From Seison nebaliae (taxonomy: Eukaryota), in assembly GCA_023231475.1 (NCBI GenBank), contig JALJEE010002162.1, forward strand, positions 62,001 to 119,024: 57,024 nt of DNA, in the 5' to 3' direction. The notes beneath the pieces are model-generated. The model was given only the letters and a program-made list of their open reading frames with translations, was not told the origin of the DNA and ran no database searches. The position numbers and the translations under genes are program-made. Position 1 is the first letter of the stretch; every line of letters begins with the position of its first letter. Shown here piece after piece: positions 14,353-28,329 of this stretch.

Positions 14353-15319
14353 ATGGAAGATCGCGACGCATCGCAACAGCCTATCTCGCCTAACAGAGCT
14401 ACTATCATAGCGATGATAGTGGCACTTGAAATGGCTTCGAGAGAAAACGGTCAAGGAGAAAAAGATGTTCTGAAAAAAAAACGACCAAACGGAGCAGAAC
14501 GAAGTCGATTGTCTCTGGAGCCAACTCTGAATCTCGAAGAGGGAAAAACTCCAACTACGAAGGGAACTAATATCTCCTGCAAGGACGCCATCAATGATGC
14601 TGACGAATTGAAAAAATCAACCAGAGGACGTACCAAATCAAAAAACCAAAGATCATCTCCTGATCTACGGAGTAGTTTTGTGATCGACCCGTCAGTACAA
14701 GTTACGTCGACGACATTAATGGAGAGACTAGAAACTTTTGGTAACGAGCATATTTTCGGGCTGGATCGAATAGCGGAAATCAACGACAAATTACAAAACA
14801 TATTCAATGTGATCAATGGAATGAGAGACGAAATAGTCAGACTAAAAAAACAATTAGGAAATAACGAATGCGAACAAAGAGCGCTTGGTATTATGATAAA
14901 CGACTTGAATGGCGTATTGTCTTCGCAATCTAACACTGTCGAGAACGAACATGAAGTTAAGATGCCTACTTGCCTCCTCGACTACTATGGAAATTTTTCA
15001 GGAATATTTCGGAAATTGTAAACTACCATATCATAAACTATGGAGATTGAAGCATAAGAAGTACGATGACTCCAATTCAGTAGCTCGCACGTTCATCATT
15101 AGGTTCGACATCGAAGATAAAAATGAATTTATCAACCACTCTATATGGCCGGAAGGCACATGTGTCACCGAATTCTTCTTCTACGCATCAACAAATCAAT
15201 TCCTGTCAGAAAGATGTGTTGAAGGTACGAAAAGATCCTATCGGGAACTCAACTTATATCATGTTCTTGTAAAGCTACAAGATGTGACTTGCGAACACAG
15301 TCGCGCCACGATCAATTAA
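14353..15319 (+). mobile_element. Frameshifted non-LTR retrotransposon (CR1/L2-type) ORF1 remnant
   Basis: Coiled-coil-like ORF (14353-15021) overlaps a second frame ending ...TTMEIFQEYF...RTFIIRFDIEDKNEFINHSIWPEGTCVTEFF, resembling the 'SFKI..WP.G..V..F' C-terminus of CR1/L2 ORF1. No introns; no recognisable APE/RT ORF2 follows. Confidence 0.6.
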
Positions 15320-16326
15320 ACCCAGATGCGACGAAGCTCAACCGATTTAGATTGCCCGATTAAGCATGGCTCAGATGTCAATCGGCTAATGGCTTATTTA
15401 TGTGAATTTAGAGAGTAAACTAAGGAAGCCGAAGCATTTGGGAGCGAATATAAAAGCAATCACCGAAATAGAACATTCACCTAGACATCTACCCCGCATT
15501 CACCAAGTCGATCAAGACGAAGCAATCAATGATATGATTCTCCTCTAAATTCATTTGCCTGGTAGTCTGGTACTTTTCCGTACGGTGAGGGATAAATTTG
15601 ACTGATAATTTGGGGTAGGACCAATTCTGCTAAAATTTGAACGTCAAATTTTCCCATCGGCTTTGCTGTTCCCTGGTATTTGCGAATAATACCCATTATT
15701 TGTAGCAGGGGTGGAGTAAGATTGACCTGGTCCGCAACCAGTTTATGTTTCAGTGCGGTGTGCTTCGAAGTTCTTTGAAAAATTTTTTTTTCGCAAACGC
15801 CTTCGCTGCTTTCTGATTCAGATAGACCTCCTCTGCTAACATCACCAGTTTCTGTAGGTATGATTCGTATGTTAACTTCATTCCCCATTACGCTCCTTCG
15901 TAACATTCGTTTTCCTCTCATATCCATTTTCCTATCTCACTATTTATATCTAAATAAAAACTATCTATCAAAACGCTTCACGTGGTTGTCTTTATACATG
16001 TTATTTTTATATTGGCTGTCCTCAATACCGAGTATGGAAAAGAAAACTTTGGATAAATTATTATCCAGCTTGATTATTATTTAGATTCTTATAGACATAT
16101 TTAGACAAAAACATGTAAAATTACTCTGGATTCAATGGAATCATTAAACAAATATTTATCGATAGCTAATAAATTGAGTAATAGTTAAAATTCTGATTCA
16201 GCTAAATTTTGATAAGTTATTTTCAGTTCTTTTTTTATTAGAAAATTTCCAATTGTGGGAAAACTTCAAACGCATCATTGCCTATGGAGATTACTATTTA
16301 TTGTTTTGTAATCAATCAGATTAAGT

Positions 16327-19300
16327 ATGGGAAATTCTCCTTCTGGAACGATGCCATCAGATAGTGAGATGTTGGTTGATAAAGGATCTGCACAATTCTA
16401 TACTACACATGACCAATTAGAAAATGAAACTTCGACTAAACTCGTATATTTAGAGAAAGAAGTTAATTATAAAGTTGATACAAATACCGATATCATCAAC
16501 AACAATGGATATAAATTTGATGAATTTAATCCGGATTCATTAACAAAATTTAAATTTCATACGCCAGGTGTATATCATGGTCGGATGGAGAATGAAGAAG
16601 AGAAAATCATAAATCTTCTAGTACTACCACTACCTGAAGATCATTATGAATTGGTTCAAGTGAACACATTAATTAGAAATGAGGAAACCGAACCTCAAAA
16701 TGGCGCAGAGAGTTGTAATTGCTTGAAAAAATGTAGTTCTGGAATTTCGATTCCTTCTGTAGGAAAAATGGTTTTCATTCATTTTATATTTTATTCATTT
16801 ATTTTCATCTTTTCTCTAACAAGATTGATGAGAGAGTGGTGGATGTTGACGATGATTTTGAGATACATGACGTTGATGTAACAAGTGTCGAACATGATTA
16901 TATGGAATATAAAGTAGAAAAGAATTATTGTGTTAGATTCAAGGTTTTTGAAGAAGATACGTTCGAATTGACATCGAATACAAGTGATAGTCAACGATTA
17001 ATTGCACATGAAGAGATTGTTGGAGAATATAAATTAAAATGCTTTCAATTTCGAACAAATGGATCATATACTTTTAGTGTAGGCAGTCGCGTTTATGGAG
17101 TGATTGATGTGATGGAAGAGAAATGCCAGATGAATATCAACGAGAAAAATGAAATTTTAATGGAAGATGCAGACTTGGGTATATATTATACTGACGACGG
17201 TTCAATTCCAAGAGAACCGTTGCAGAAGCTTCGACGACTGAATTCGAACCAAATATTTGAATCGTTTAAAACTTATAGATTTCGAGCGTTTTCATCTTAT
17301 CGACTACCGAGTAATATTATCAATAGAAGGTTCTTTCTACTTTTACATTTATTAGTATTAAAAATTTTTATTATACAGATGTGACAAACGTTTTATGTTA
17401 AAGAGTCAACATATGTCTTCACGTGAAAATATCGGCACATTCTTCTCCTACATCGACAAGAAAACCGATCAGATATTTTTGTTTCTATATCCCAATATCA
17501 ATTTTATTACATGTAAAGTAAACTTCGTTTTTCATAGCTGTTGTTCATATTGTCTTTCAGTTCATAGTTAACTCTAAACTCTATGAATGTCCGATAGGAA
17601 TGGTGAAGGAAACAAGAAAAATTGCTTATGAAATAAATTTGCCACGACATTCAACCAATTTGGACGCATCGACTAGAAATCGATTAATTACAATTCGTCC
17701 ATTATTCGAAGTTGAGAATGATGAGTCAAAACGAAAAGAATATTATGTTCATCATAAAAATGTTTGCCTGATAAATCCTCCAACCAGTTCACAAGTTATT
17801 ATGAAAATAAAATAATTAACTAAAATAAATGATGTCGATTAAGGATGAAGTTGTGATTAACGGTCCATTTCAAACTTACACAATAAAGGGTTTTTTTTTG
17901 TTCAGAAAATATTCCAATAATTTTTATTCCGCTATGGTGAATTAGATACTGAATTACATATCGACATCACATCTTTTTCATTAGGTGATTTGATGCAATA
18001 TTGTTGGTATGATAAATTAATACTGGAATTCGAAGATCCGGCAGGTGTAGAAGAATTGGAGCGACACGAATTATTTCATGAATCTTTCGATTGTAAAATC
18101 GATTTCCAACCTTCAAATACTTCACTGAACATACTCGAGTCATTGGACTATAAGAGAAAGCGATTCAAACTTCACAAAATCGAACCGTCATCGAAGATTA
18201 ATTACCACGATTATATTTTGTTGAAACTTTGTTTAAATAATTCCTAATTTCAATCTCATTTTCAGAACGAAGAATAAACTCTGGTACAAAGATTTCCCAA
18301 TAATTCGATTCAACTCTCAAATTGACAATAAAACGTCATCGAAACTTCTTCTGGCTAATGAAAGAGATGGAGAATTTTCCGAGTCACAAATATTTGAAGT
18401 GAACGTTATAAAGGAATTAGACAAGAGGATTTACTGTCTTACTGTTCCCGATGTTCGAATTAATTTGAGTTGTTATAACAATGATGGTCATGTTAATATG
18501 AATTTAGTCTGATTGAGAAGAATTAATATTTTTTCAATTTGTAGTGGATAATTAAATGGAAAATTATCGACTTACCGTTTGATGCTATTGTGCTACGACT
18601 GATGGATAATGAGGGGTATAAGAAAGAGAATACGATGGTAGATAAGAATGAGCAATTCCAGATTATTGGATGGAATGAGAAGAATGATTTGAAAATTGAT
18701 TTGTTCCTGGAAGAAAAAGGTAATAAATTCATTCAAAAATCCATCATCGTTCAACCGAAAATTATTTTTGATTATCGAAATCTCAATTTGAGATATGATG
18801 CTGAAGATTATCCTGATATTAAATTGATTTGGGATCCACCCAGAAACATAGTGAAGAAAGATTATGAAGTATATCTTGTTAATCGTCATCACAATTTCAA
18901 AAAACATTTGACTAATTGGACGAGTGAGAACGGTGGAGGAATGAAAACATTCAAAATTAACGAATTAATTGGAGAAGATAGAACATCGTCTGAGTTTGCT
19001 ATCGGAATTCAGCCACATCGTTTAATAGTTCATTATAATTATTATAAATTCAATTTAAATCAAAAGATCAACCAAACCAATTATATTAAACTTCATCGAT
19101 ATAAGAAAATAGAATTATCAAAGAAACCATATTTCACTTATTTGTCCAATAATAGTGCGGAAATTGATTGGGAGAGAATTCATTCAGAAGATTGTGTCGG
19201 TTATTTAATCATCTGGAATACATATTACGGCCGATATGTCGATTCACCTCAAATTACTACGCTGAAAATATATTTGAGTCAGATGGACCGAAATGGAACT

Positions 19301-22300
19301 AACCCAGCAAATCATCTCTTCCAAATAATACCGATGAACAAATTAGCTGAACGTTTCTTGGATAAAACTCAGAAATCAGAAATCCGATATCAATTAACGA
19401 AATTAATGGATAGAGGATTGTTTTTGATGAAATTGGATAATTATCAATGTAAAATTAGTGAGAAAGTATCGGGTAATTTGAGTGAAACATTCCCTAGACA
19501 TATTCATGAAATCGTCTCATATCGAGGTAATAAGGTGATTGTGAAATGGTTGGATATTGATGGGAATTTCGATTCAAACTTACAATATAAAAATAATAAT
19601 GTGGATGTTTCGGAAGAATTGAGAGAAAGTAATTTTAAATTCGACTTAAATGAATTTCCACGTCGAACACTCGATTATCGATTGAACACGAAATTTGTGA
19701 GGAAATTTAATAATCATCAACAATTCGGTATGGAATATTTCTATAATAAGAGTATTGAATTACTCGTCACAAAATTATGGGTGATATCTACATTGTCTAG
19801 TCTTCGAATTCACTTTGACATGCGAGATCTTAATGAAAGAAAGATTAAAATGTGTTTTTTTCATTTGAGTAAAGATGGTGAAAATGAATTTGATGCTTAT
19901 AAACCATTCTATAAGGCACAACCGTCGTCACCGGTAACGTTTGAAAAATTGATAATAAATACGAGTTATAAGTTGGAGATTCTGTTTGTGAAAGAACAAC
20001 ATTCATCTTCCATTGACGACCATGAGACGAATTTAAAAAGACATCCCAGGAAATATTTGAGGCAATTAGGAAAAGATTATAATGTTATTAAATATGAATC
20101 TGATCCACCTGTTTGGATGACGGCGCAACCGGCAAATCCAAATATTTTCTCTTACAACTACGTGAGAGAGAGGAATGTGTTCTCATTCAAATTCTATGGA
20201 CATAATTCCAATGACGTCGGTATAATAAATGTGATATATCGACTATATTGGAAATACGATTATGAAGATGAAGGAATTGAACATTACGTTGACAATTATT
20301 CAAATAGGAACGACGGAATTTATTCGTTTGAGATCGGATGTATCGATATCCGATATCCTGTTTGGATTCATATTCGTTCTACCATCGAATTAGCAGAAAA
20401 ATCTTTAGAATTAACTTCAGATAAAGGAAAATTTTTGTTGTGGAAGAAAATGTTGCCAAAGATCAACGGCCATGAAAGAATCCAATTAAGCCGAATAACT
20501 CCACAGCATCTCACATTCACTTGGCTTCTTCCATCTTTATACATCGGAGATATCGTTTATAAAATTGTTAAAATGGAATTTGTTTATAACCATAATAAAA
20601 TTCAAATCGAAGATATAAATGACAACGAAATTAAAGTGGAACGAAACGAAACGGTTCACATCGTTCTCAATATCTATGTCCAACCATCAGTATCAGCAAA
20701 GGATGAACCGATCATTGATGATTCTGAAATTATTTCTTGGAATTTCGATGCAGTTATTCCGAAAAGTTAAATGGAATTTCTTCATCTTTCCATTTTTTTC
20801 TTTTTAAAATTCTTTATCAATAACCAATTATGTCCTTCCTAATCTACTTTATTCAACGCTAAATAATTTCTTTTAATTTGCTAATATCTTTAACGATTTC
20901 TCCTTTTTAAATCAGGTAATGAATTGGATAGATTATCGATGAATTTGAACGATGACGAATGGTCGTTAGAACAAACGCGAAAAGGGACTAAACATAAAGT
21001 TTATGTTGTGAAAAGAAACGGTTTGGAAGAAGTGACAGCAGGTAAAGGTGAAAAAGTTCATTTGGATGATATCCTTCAGATAAATTATAGAAATTCGTTG
21101 GCTTATCATGTTTTCCTAATAAAGTTCTATTGCCAAATCAACGAAATAAGTTAGAAATTGATATGTTCTACAAACAGACTAATATTTTGTTAGTTCAAGT
21201 TATTGGATGCTATTGGACAAATTATTTTGAAAAAATTCAATTGAGAGCGAAACATATGAATAAAAGGAAAATAAAGTTCTTCTGGAATTATCCTCAATTA
21301 TCAAGAGAATTCAATCAGTTCATTTTGACTTCATCCAATGTCAATCGTGAAATTGAGAAGAATCGAACGAATTTCAAGCAGGAACGAAATGATTTTTTGG
21401 ATGACAATTCCACTTTTAACAGTACGCATATTTCCGTTCTTCCAGATAGTTTTACTCGACATGAAGACGGTGAACAGAATCGGTATTATTTAAGTAATTT
21501 TATAATGAATCGAACGATAGAAAGTGATTCGAAACATTTGAAAATGAAACTTCTTTCACCCAACGAAGTTCTGTTGTCATGGAAAGCAGATAAATATCGA
21601 AATATTCGATGGATTTGTGATGGTTTTGTTCAGTTTATAGAGATCTCCAATGATAATATTGACAATTGTCTAATGGGAATAAAACCAAATACTTTCATTG
21701 AAGTGAAGTTGGACGAAGAAAATATCATTCAATATCAATACAATTTACCAAAATTGAAATTGTTCGGAATTGCGAGTGGAAAGGATAGTGTCGAATTACA
21801 ATGGGAACATATGTCAAAAGATTTAATGTTGGAGAAATTCCTCTACGACCAGAAGACAAACAAATTAATTAAAGTGGGAAATGATATTTTTGTGAAAGAG
21901 AATCGACATGAAGTGAAAGAGTTAACTCCGAATATTTGGGGTTTCCGGTTGATCAATAAGGAAACTGGTGATAAATCACGGAAACTAAAGATAAATTTAA
22001 AAATTTTTAATTTGAAATTTGGAATTAACGAAAATAATCAAATTGCACAATACACTTCCATCTCGAGTGAAATGCATAAGAATTTAGTGTCCGCTCAATT
22101 AATTGGAAAAAAGAAAGGTCGAGAAAAGGTGTTGGTGGAACGGGTGAATCTTCGAAGAATGTCTCCATTTTATCAGATCGAAAAAATTGATGATCTGGTG
22201 ACGTATTTGGTACGAATAAGATTCCTTGACATAAAGCATATAGTCGAATATGAAGTGGAGAAGTACAAAGATGTGTTGGAAGTATATGCCGATTTCGACT

Positions 22301-23628
22301 GGAAACTATTCGATAAATTGAGAAAACTAATTGTCTATTCCATCAAATTATCTCAATCGATTGGTAAGTATACGTTAATGGGACCTGACAAATTATCTGA
22401 TATCATCGAGAAGAATGAATTATTGAAGAAGAATTCTTATCGTGAATATTATGAGAAGAAGAAAAAGATTAATGTGAAACTAACAATGAAATATGCGGAA
22501 AGTTCTCAATGGACATTTATAAAAATTCGAAATCAAATTTTCAATAATCCCGCACCATCGTTTTGTGAAGAAGAATGTATAGAATTGCCATTAAATGAAG
22601 GAGTAAAAGATGATAAGAATTGTTTAATCGCTGTCAACGAAGAAACGGATGTACCTGACCGCTTAGAAGTTGGTGTAACTGTAAGAAAAGCTGGAAATCG
22701 ACAGGCACATCGAACTTTGAAGTTTGAAGATAAACCTTTTCCATTCTGCATCTTACATAATGACAAGACGAGTCTCTGCAAACATGTCGTTCATGATCAT
22801 TTATATATTATCAATAAATTATGTTATGAAGATAAAACGGAACTGGTCGACTATGGGAAATGTTTTGAGAAACAATTCGCCAATATCAAAAACGGAGATA
22901 TTTTATTTGTTTATTCGAAAATGTTAATTTTATCATATCCTGTTTATGCTTAATAATAATATCTTAAGATGTTCAGCATCACGTATGATTGAAGAATTTG
23001 TTGACAAATTAAATAAATTTCCAGTACGTAAATTCGAATGGGAATTATATAAAAATATCAGATTAAGTTTCTTTCATTTTATGAAAAATGTGTAACAAAA
23101 GTTTCAGTTTCTAATCAGCAAGCAAAACGATCAAATGCTCAAAATGAACAAGATAAGAATACGGATAATAAAGAAGAACGTTAATTTTTTTTAAACACAT
23201 CTATAACGAAATTTGAATATTTCTTTCAGAGAATATTGAAGAGATGTTTAAAGTTCCAATGTTTCAAGAATTCATAACGCAATTGCCAGCTTTCGTATTC
23301 ATTAATAATGTAGGTTATTATTCTTAAATGACAATTAAAAATCAGTGTTCATTAGATGAGAATGTCAATTTAACAATTCGTTATTTATATGCAATGGAAC
23401 AAAAAGAATTGGAGAATATGTTGAATGAAGGTTCGATGAAAAGTAAAATTTCCCATTTGAACTTAAGACAAAGCTTCGATGGTTCGTCTTTCATCTTTTA
23501 TACACCAAATAAAAACTACATATTTTTTAGATTTAAATTCTCAATATCGTAATGTAATGGGACAGTTGAAATCGAGTTACAAGTGGAATAATGAATTAGT
23601 GAAATATTTCCAAATGTATACAACATAG
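16327..23628 (+). CDS. Large multi-exon uncharacterised protein with several fibronectin type III-like beta-sandwich segments
   Basis: ORFs joined by phase-consistent introns (16771-16823, 17330-17378, 17518-17560, 18220-18265, 18492-18544, 20766-20915 and others). FN3-like strands IKLIWDPP, AEIDWER, LTFTWLLP, VLLSWKA, VELQWEH. Last exon ends ...YFQMYTT*. The 3' exon structure is partly uncertain. Confidence 0.6.
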
Positions 23629-24276
23629 AAATAAAATACAATTGAATCTTAACATAATCATATTATTTTCCATTTTTAATAAACTAATTTTAATCGAATG
23701 ATAACAAATCAAAGAATACATATAAGTTATATGGTAATCTTCTTCTTATCAACTTCTTAGCAACTCGGTATGGTTAACCAAGCAACACTACAAATAATTA
23801 GTCAACAAAATTTGTCGTTTATTACACGAGTTTTGTTCGAGTCCTAACCATCACTGATATTTCGTATCAGATTACTCTCAAGATTGTCAGCTAAAACTTT
23901 TTTATTTTCAATTGCTCTTTGCTCCTCTTTCTTTCATAATTTCTTAAATTATTTGGGAAATGCGCATAACAGATATTATTATGATGCATATACTTTCTTA
24001 ACTTTTAAATTGGAGTTTTGCTACAAGTTTTATTCATTGGTCATTCGTTGAATGGAGGACGAATTTATAGTGATGTCTATTTGAAGTAAGTATCTCGGAT
24101 TGGTAAATTGAGTGTTTTCTTCTTATAGCAACATATGATTATTAGGGTAATAATAGTCAGTAGAGTCAGAAAATTTCATCATAGAATTATGCTTCAGAGC
24201 TAATGAGAATATCTTATAGTACATCAATTTTATAAAAATGATAAGCTTATAATGTTACCTTAACATTGAGGTAAAC

Positions 24277-24391
24277 GGAAGGTATCCCCGAAGTTTCTCT
24301 CTTCATTATTAGATTAGGCATTTAAAAGAAATCGAGGATAGCTTCCTTTTTTCATATTTTTTAGAAAAAAGAAACATCGGGGATAACTTCC
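24277..24391. mobile_element. MITE-like 115-bp element with 22-bp imperfect terminal inverted repeats
   Basis: ggaaggtatccccgaagtttct (24277-24298) vs reverse complement of 24370-24391 (ggaagttatccccgatgtttct): 20/22 identical. No clear TSD. Confidence 0.5.
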
Positions 24392-24671
24392 TACAATCAA
24401 CATTGAACGGAATAAGAAGAAAAATAAGTTCTATTTTATAGATTGAGCTAAGCCTATTATTGATGTGAGTAACTGAAACTGGTGAATAATTTTGAAAGAG
24501 AAACATGAAATGTTTAGAAGAGAAGTTTTGAATTTTCCTCTCGAAAAATCTTTTCAAAGTTAAATCATTTTCATGTTATTTGAAAAATATTTGCTGATAG
24601 TCTCAGTACGTTTTATTTGTGGAAATTTTTTTCATTCTCCCTTTTCACAAAGTTTGTTTCGTTGAAATTGA

Positions 24672-27600
24672 ATGGAGGTTGACACTGAAGATGATGGATT
24701 GGCATCGACCACCAATGACGTTACTTTGGACGATGGGACGAAATATGAAGAGATTAATAAGGAGAATTTCCAATCGAAATTGAAAATGTTGGAGGAGATG
24801 AATCATCAGCAACAGATGTTGATAAATGATTTGAAGAATTTTGTTGAGCGAAATCATCCTGAAGATAAAAATATTTTCCGTAAATCATCTACGAAAAGAC
24901 GAACGGATGAAGAGAAGAAGATACGTCGAGAGAAAATGGAAGTAGAGAAGAAATTGAGAGATGAGCAGAAAGAAAAGGAGAAGAGATTGAGAGAGGAGCA
25001 AAGGGAGAAGGAGAAGAAGTTGAAAGAAGAAAAGTTAAAAGAAGAAAGACGATTGAAAGAAGAAAAGTTAAAAGAAGAAAAACGTTTAAAAGAAGAAAAG
25101 TTGAAAGAAGAAAAAAGATTGCGAGAGGAGCAAAAGGAAAAGGAGAAGAGATTAAAAGAAGAACAAAAGGAGAAAGATAGAAAAGCTCGAGAGGAATTAA
25201 AGGAGAAGGAACGACGAGAGAAAGGTCAGACACCAACGAAAGGAATTGATGGAATGAAAGAATTCATGACAGGATTTTTAGATCGTGCCAAACTGGAGAA
25301 TGTTCCATTGATTTCTCCTTTTAAATTGAAGAGTCTAGCCAGTCAAATGGATCCGAGTAAGCAAATAAAGACGAAGAAGAATTCGAAAGAAGAAGCCAAA
25401 CGTCCACCAATCCATCAAATACTTTGTGTGACGAATATGGAATTCGAAGATATTTTCAAAAAGATTAATCGATTGAAAAATAATGACGATATAGAAATGA
25501 TTGATAAAATGTTGTATGAAGATGAGTTAAGAGGAAGAGAGACAATGAAAATGAGAGAAGTCGTTAAGGAATTGAAGAGAAATGAATCATTGTATCGACC
25601 AGACATTCTCAATCAGAAAGTTCAGAGGCAATTGATAAGTGAATGTCGATTGAAGAAAGGATTGGGACATCAAATGAAATTGATTCGTTGTAAATATATT
25701 CAATTTCGAAAAAATGAAACTATTCGACCACCTTATCATGGAATGAAAAAAACTTTCCGATCGAGAAATGTTAATGCAAAACGACCGTTAAAACGATTAC
25801 CACAAATCAATTACGAATTAGATTCTGATGTTGAATGGGAGAAGCAGAAGAAATTGAGAAAAGAAGAAGAGATGAGTGGAGACGACACAGATGATGAAGT
25901 CGATCCGAAAGATCAATTTGAGAAAGATAAATTTTTCGTTCCTCATGGTCATTTGTCAGATACGGAATTGGAAGATCAAGGTATCATCGTGGAGAAAATG
26001 AGAACAATCGAAGATTTGGAGACGTTCAATTTTGTGGATGATCAAGTTGGTTCGACGAAAATGAATCGTCGATTGAGAGCGCCACTTGTGCTGAGAACTT
26101 TCAATGAATTCGCAATACCTGAAGGAGAACGACCATTTGCCACTAAACGACAAACGGTTTATAAAGTCACGGAAATCATCAATTTCATTCATGCGATATT
26201 GCATCAAATGTATTTGATTTATTATGATCAGAAAAAGAGAAAGGATCTTCGTCAATATAAAAAACGTTCGACGGTCGTCGCAAAAATGTTTCAACAATTT
26301 AATAATAAATATCATAAAGTTCTTTTGAATTTGAAACATATTCTTATGACGAAGGCTGATAAACTAAAGTTCCCAGCAATTGTTAACTTCTTAACAACGT
26401 CTATCAATCTCTTTCAATATCCGTTAACACCAGACGCTTATGCTCAACGTACTTTATGTCGATTATTTCTTGAGGAATATAGTCCAAATATCTATTTGAG
26501 AAGATCAAAGAAAATTCCTCGACCGATTTCATTGAAACAAATCGAAAACGGAATTGAGAGTGATGACGATATCATTTTATCGGACGACGATATTAAAGAG
26601 CATAAAAGAAAAGAAGAAAAGAAATTTAGTGAAGTTCTAATGAAGAAGAAAGATCGACATCATTTAGATGATTTATATGATCGTGCTTGGTCGGTGAATG
26701 CGTTGGAAAACAATAAAAGTTACTATGAGAATTTAAAGAGATTTAGTCTCAATGATTACCACAATCGTATCGTTGAGTCATATAAAAAATATGGAGACAT
26801 CAATTATCTCTATTTAGCTCATTCGGTTTCTCTTTTTATCATATTTGAATTCTTTAATAATTTCTTCATTTTTCCAGATTATTCCGTTAAGACATGGTGT
26901 TATTCGAGAAAAGAAGAGGAAGAAGCGAGGTCCAAATAAAAAGACTTTGGATACTCCCAAAGTAAAGGAGAAGAAATCAAAGAATAAATCGAAAAGTGTT
27001 GATAAATCAGGAAATAAGACGAAAACTGTCGAGAAACCTTCGAATACTCAACCACCGGTAAAAAGACAGAATACACTCGAATCTTTTCTACTTAAATCAA
27101 CAGATAAAAGAAAAGATTCTAAAGAAAAGAAACTGAAAGATAATGGAAAAAGTGTAAATTCGGAGAAGAGGAAGATCGTTCCAGAGATTCAAATGGAAAT
27201 TTCGGAAAAGACAAAAGAAATTTCGGAAAAGGAAAAAGATATTCCAAAGAAGAAAGAAGAAATTCCAGAAAAAAAAGAAGAAATTCCAAAGAAGAAAAAA
27301 GAAATTGCAGAAAAAAAAGAAGAAATTCCAAAGAAGAAAGAAATTCCAGAAAAAAAAGAAGAAATTCCAAAGAAGAAAAAAGAAATTCCAGAAAAAAAAC
27401 AAGAAATTTCAAAAAAGAATAACAGTAAAATTTCAAAAAAGAAAAAGAAAATATGGGAAAATGAGAAGAAAAAGAAGAAAAATATCAGTATCGGAAATAA
27501 AGGACATTCACAAACCAAAAGGACGGAAGAGAATGACGTGACGATAGAAGGGGTAAAATTTAACGAAATTAAAGAGATTGATTTGAGTGTTAACGACGAT

Positions 27601-28117
27601 TTATCTGAGATAGTTGAAATAAATGCTCGAAGAAAGACTTTTGGCGATTCGAAGAAAAAACCAAATAGTCCAATTGTTGTTGAGAGGAAATCTATTCCAA
27701 TAAAATCGGAAAAGAAAATAGAAAAAATGTCAATGGATGAACAAAAGAAACATGATCAACCAGAACCTGAATTGATTGTTCTTGATGAATCATCCGAAGA
27801 ATCATCAGATGATTTGGATATGTATACTGAACCAGTGAAAAAATATAGAAGGCCTCTTCGCAAATCAGCCAAAGAATTTATGGATCATTTAAAGTCAGGA
27901 ACTTTATCATTTGATGGCGGTTAAGATTTTTATAAATTTTTTAATTTTTAAGTTTTACTTTTCAAATTTTTCAGTTGACGAAGAAAATGTGGAGGAAGAT
28001 GCTGAATCGTTCGTTGTAGAGGAAGAGGAGGAAGAAGAAGAAGAAGAAACTTATTCTTGGGATGGCGAAGATAGTCATCCTAGGGAAACGTCATCAGATG
28101 ATGATATTGTATTTTAA
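24672..28117 (+). CDS. CHAF1A: Chromatin assembly factor 1 subunit A (p150/Cac1)-like, 3 exons, ~1112 aa
   Basis: KER coiled-coil repeats; CAF1A motifs KYIQF..IRPPYHG, INYELDSDVEWE, FFVPHGHLSDTE; acidic tract. Introns 26826-26877 and 27920-27974 preserve frame. Confidence 0.88.
27190..27415 (+). repeat. Coding minisatellite (~21-bp unit, EIP[EK]KK[EK]) inside CHAF1A exon 2
   Basis: Repeated gaaattccagaaaaaaaagaa / gaaattccaaagaagaaaaaa units. Confidence 0.85.
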
Positions 28118-28329
28118 AATGTAAATCAACAACGAAATCAAATTCTAATGAGACTTTTTTTTTATGAATTCTTTGAAATTTTTCTTCAATTTCAATCAGT
28201 TTCTAATAACTTTTTCTTTATGAATGAGTAAAAGAAAACTTTATAAATGAAAAATAAATCGATTTAAATAAAATATCGAACATAATAAGAATTTTTTTTT
28301 TTTAATTTTTCAATTGTCACTTGAATGTT

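Noticed and set aside
23760..23850. tRNA gene (gttcgagtcc B-box-like)
   Set aside because: No cloverleaf and no properly spaced A box.
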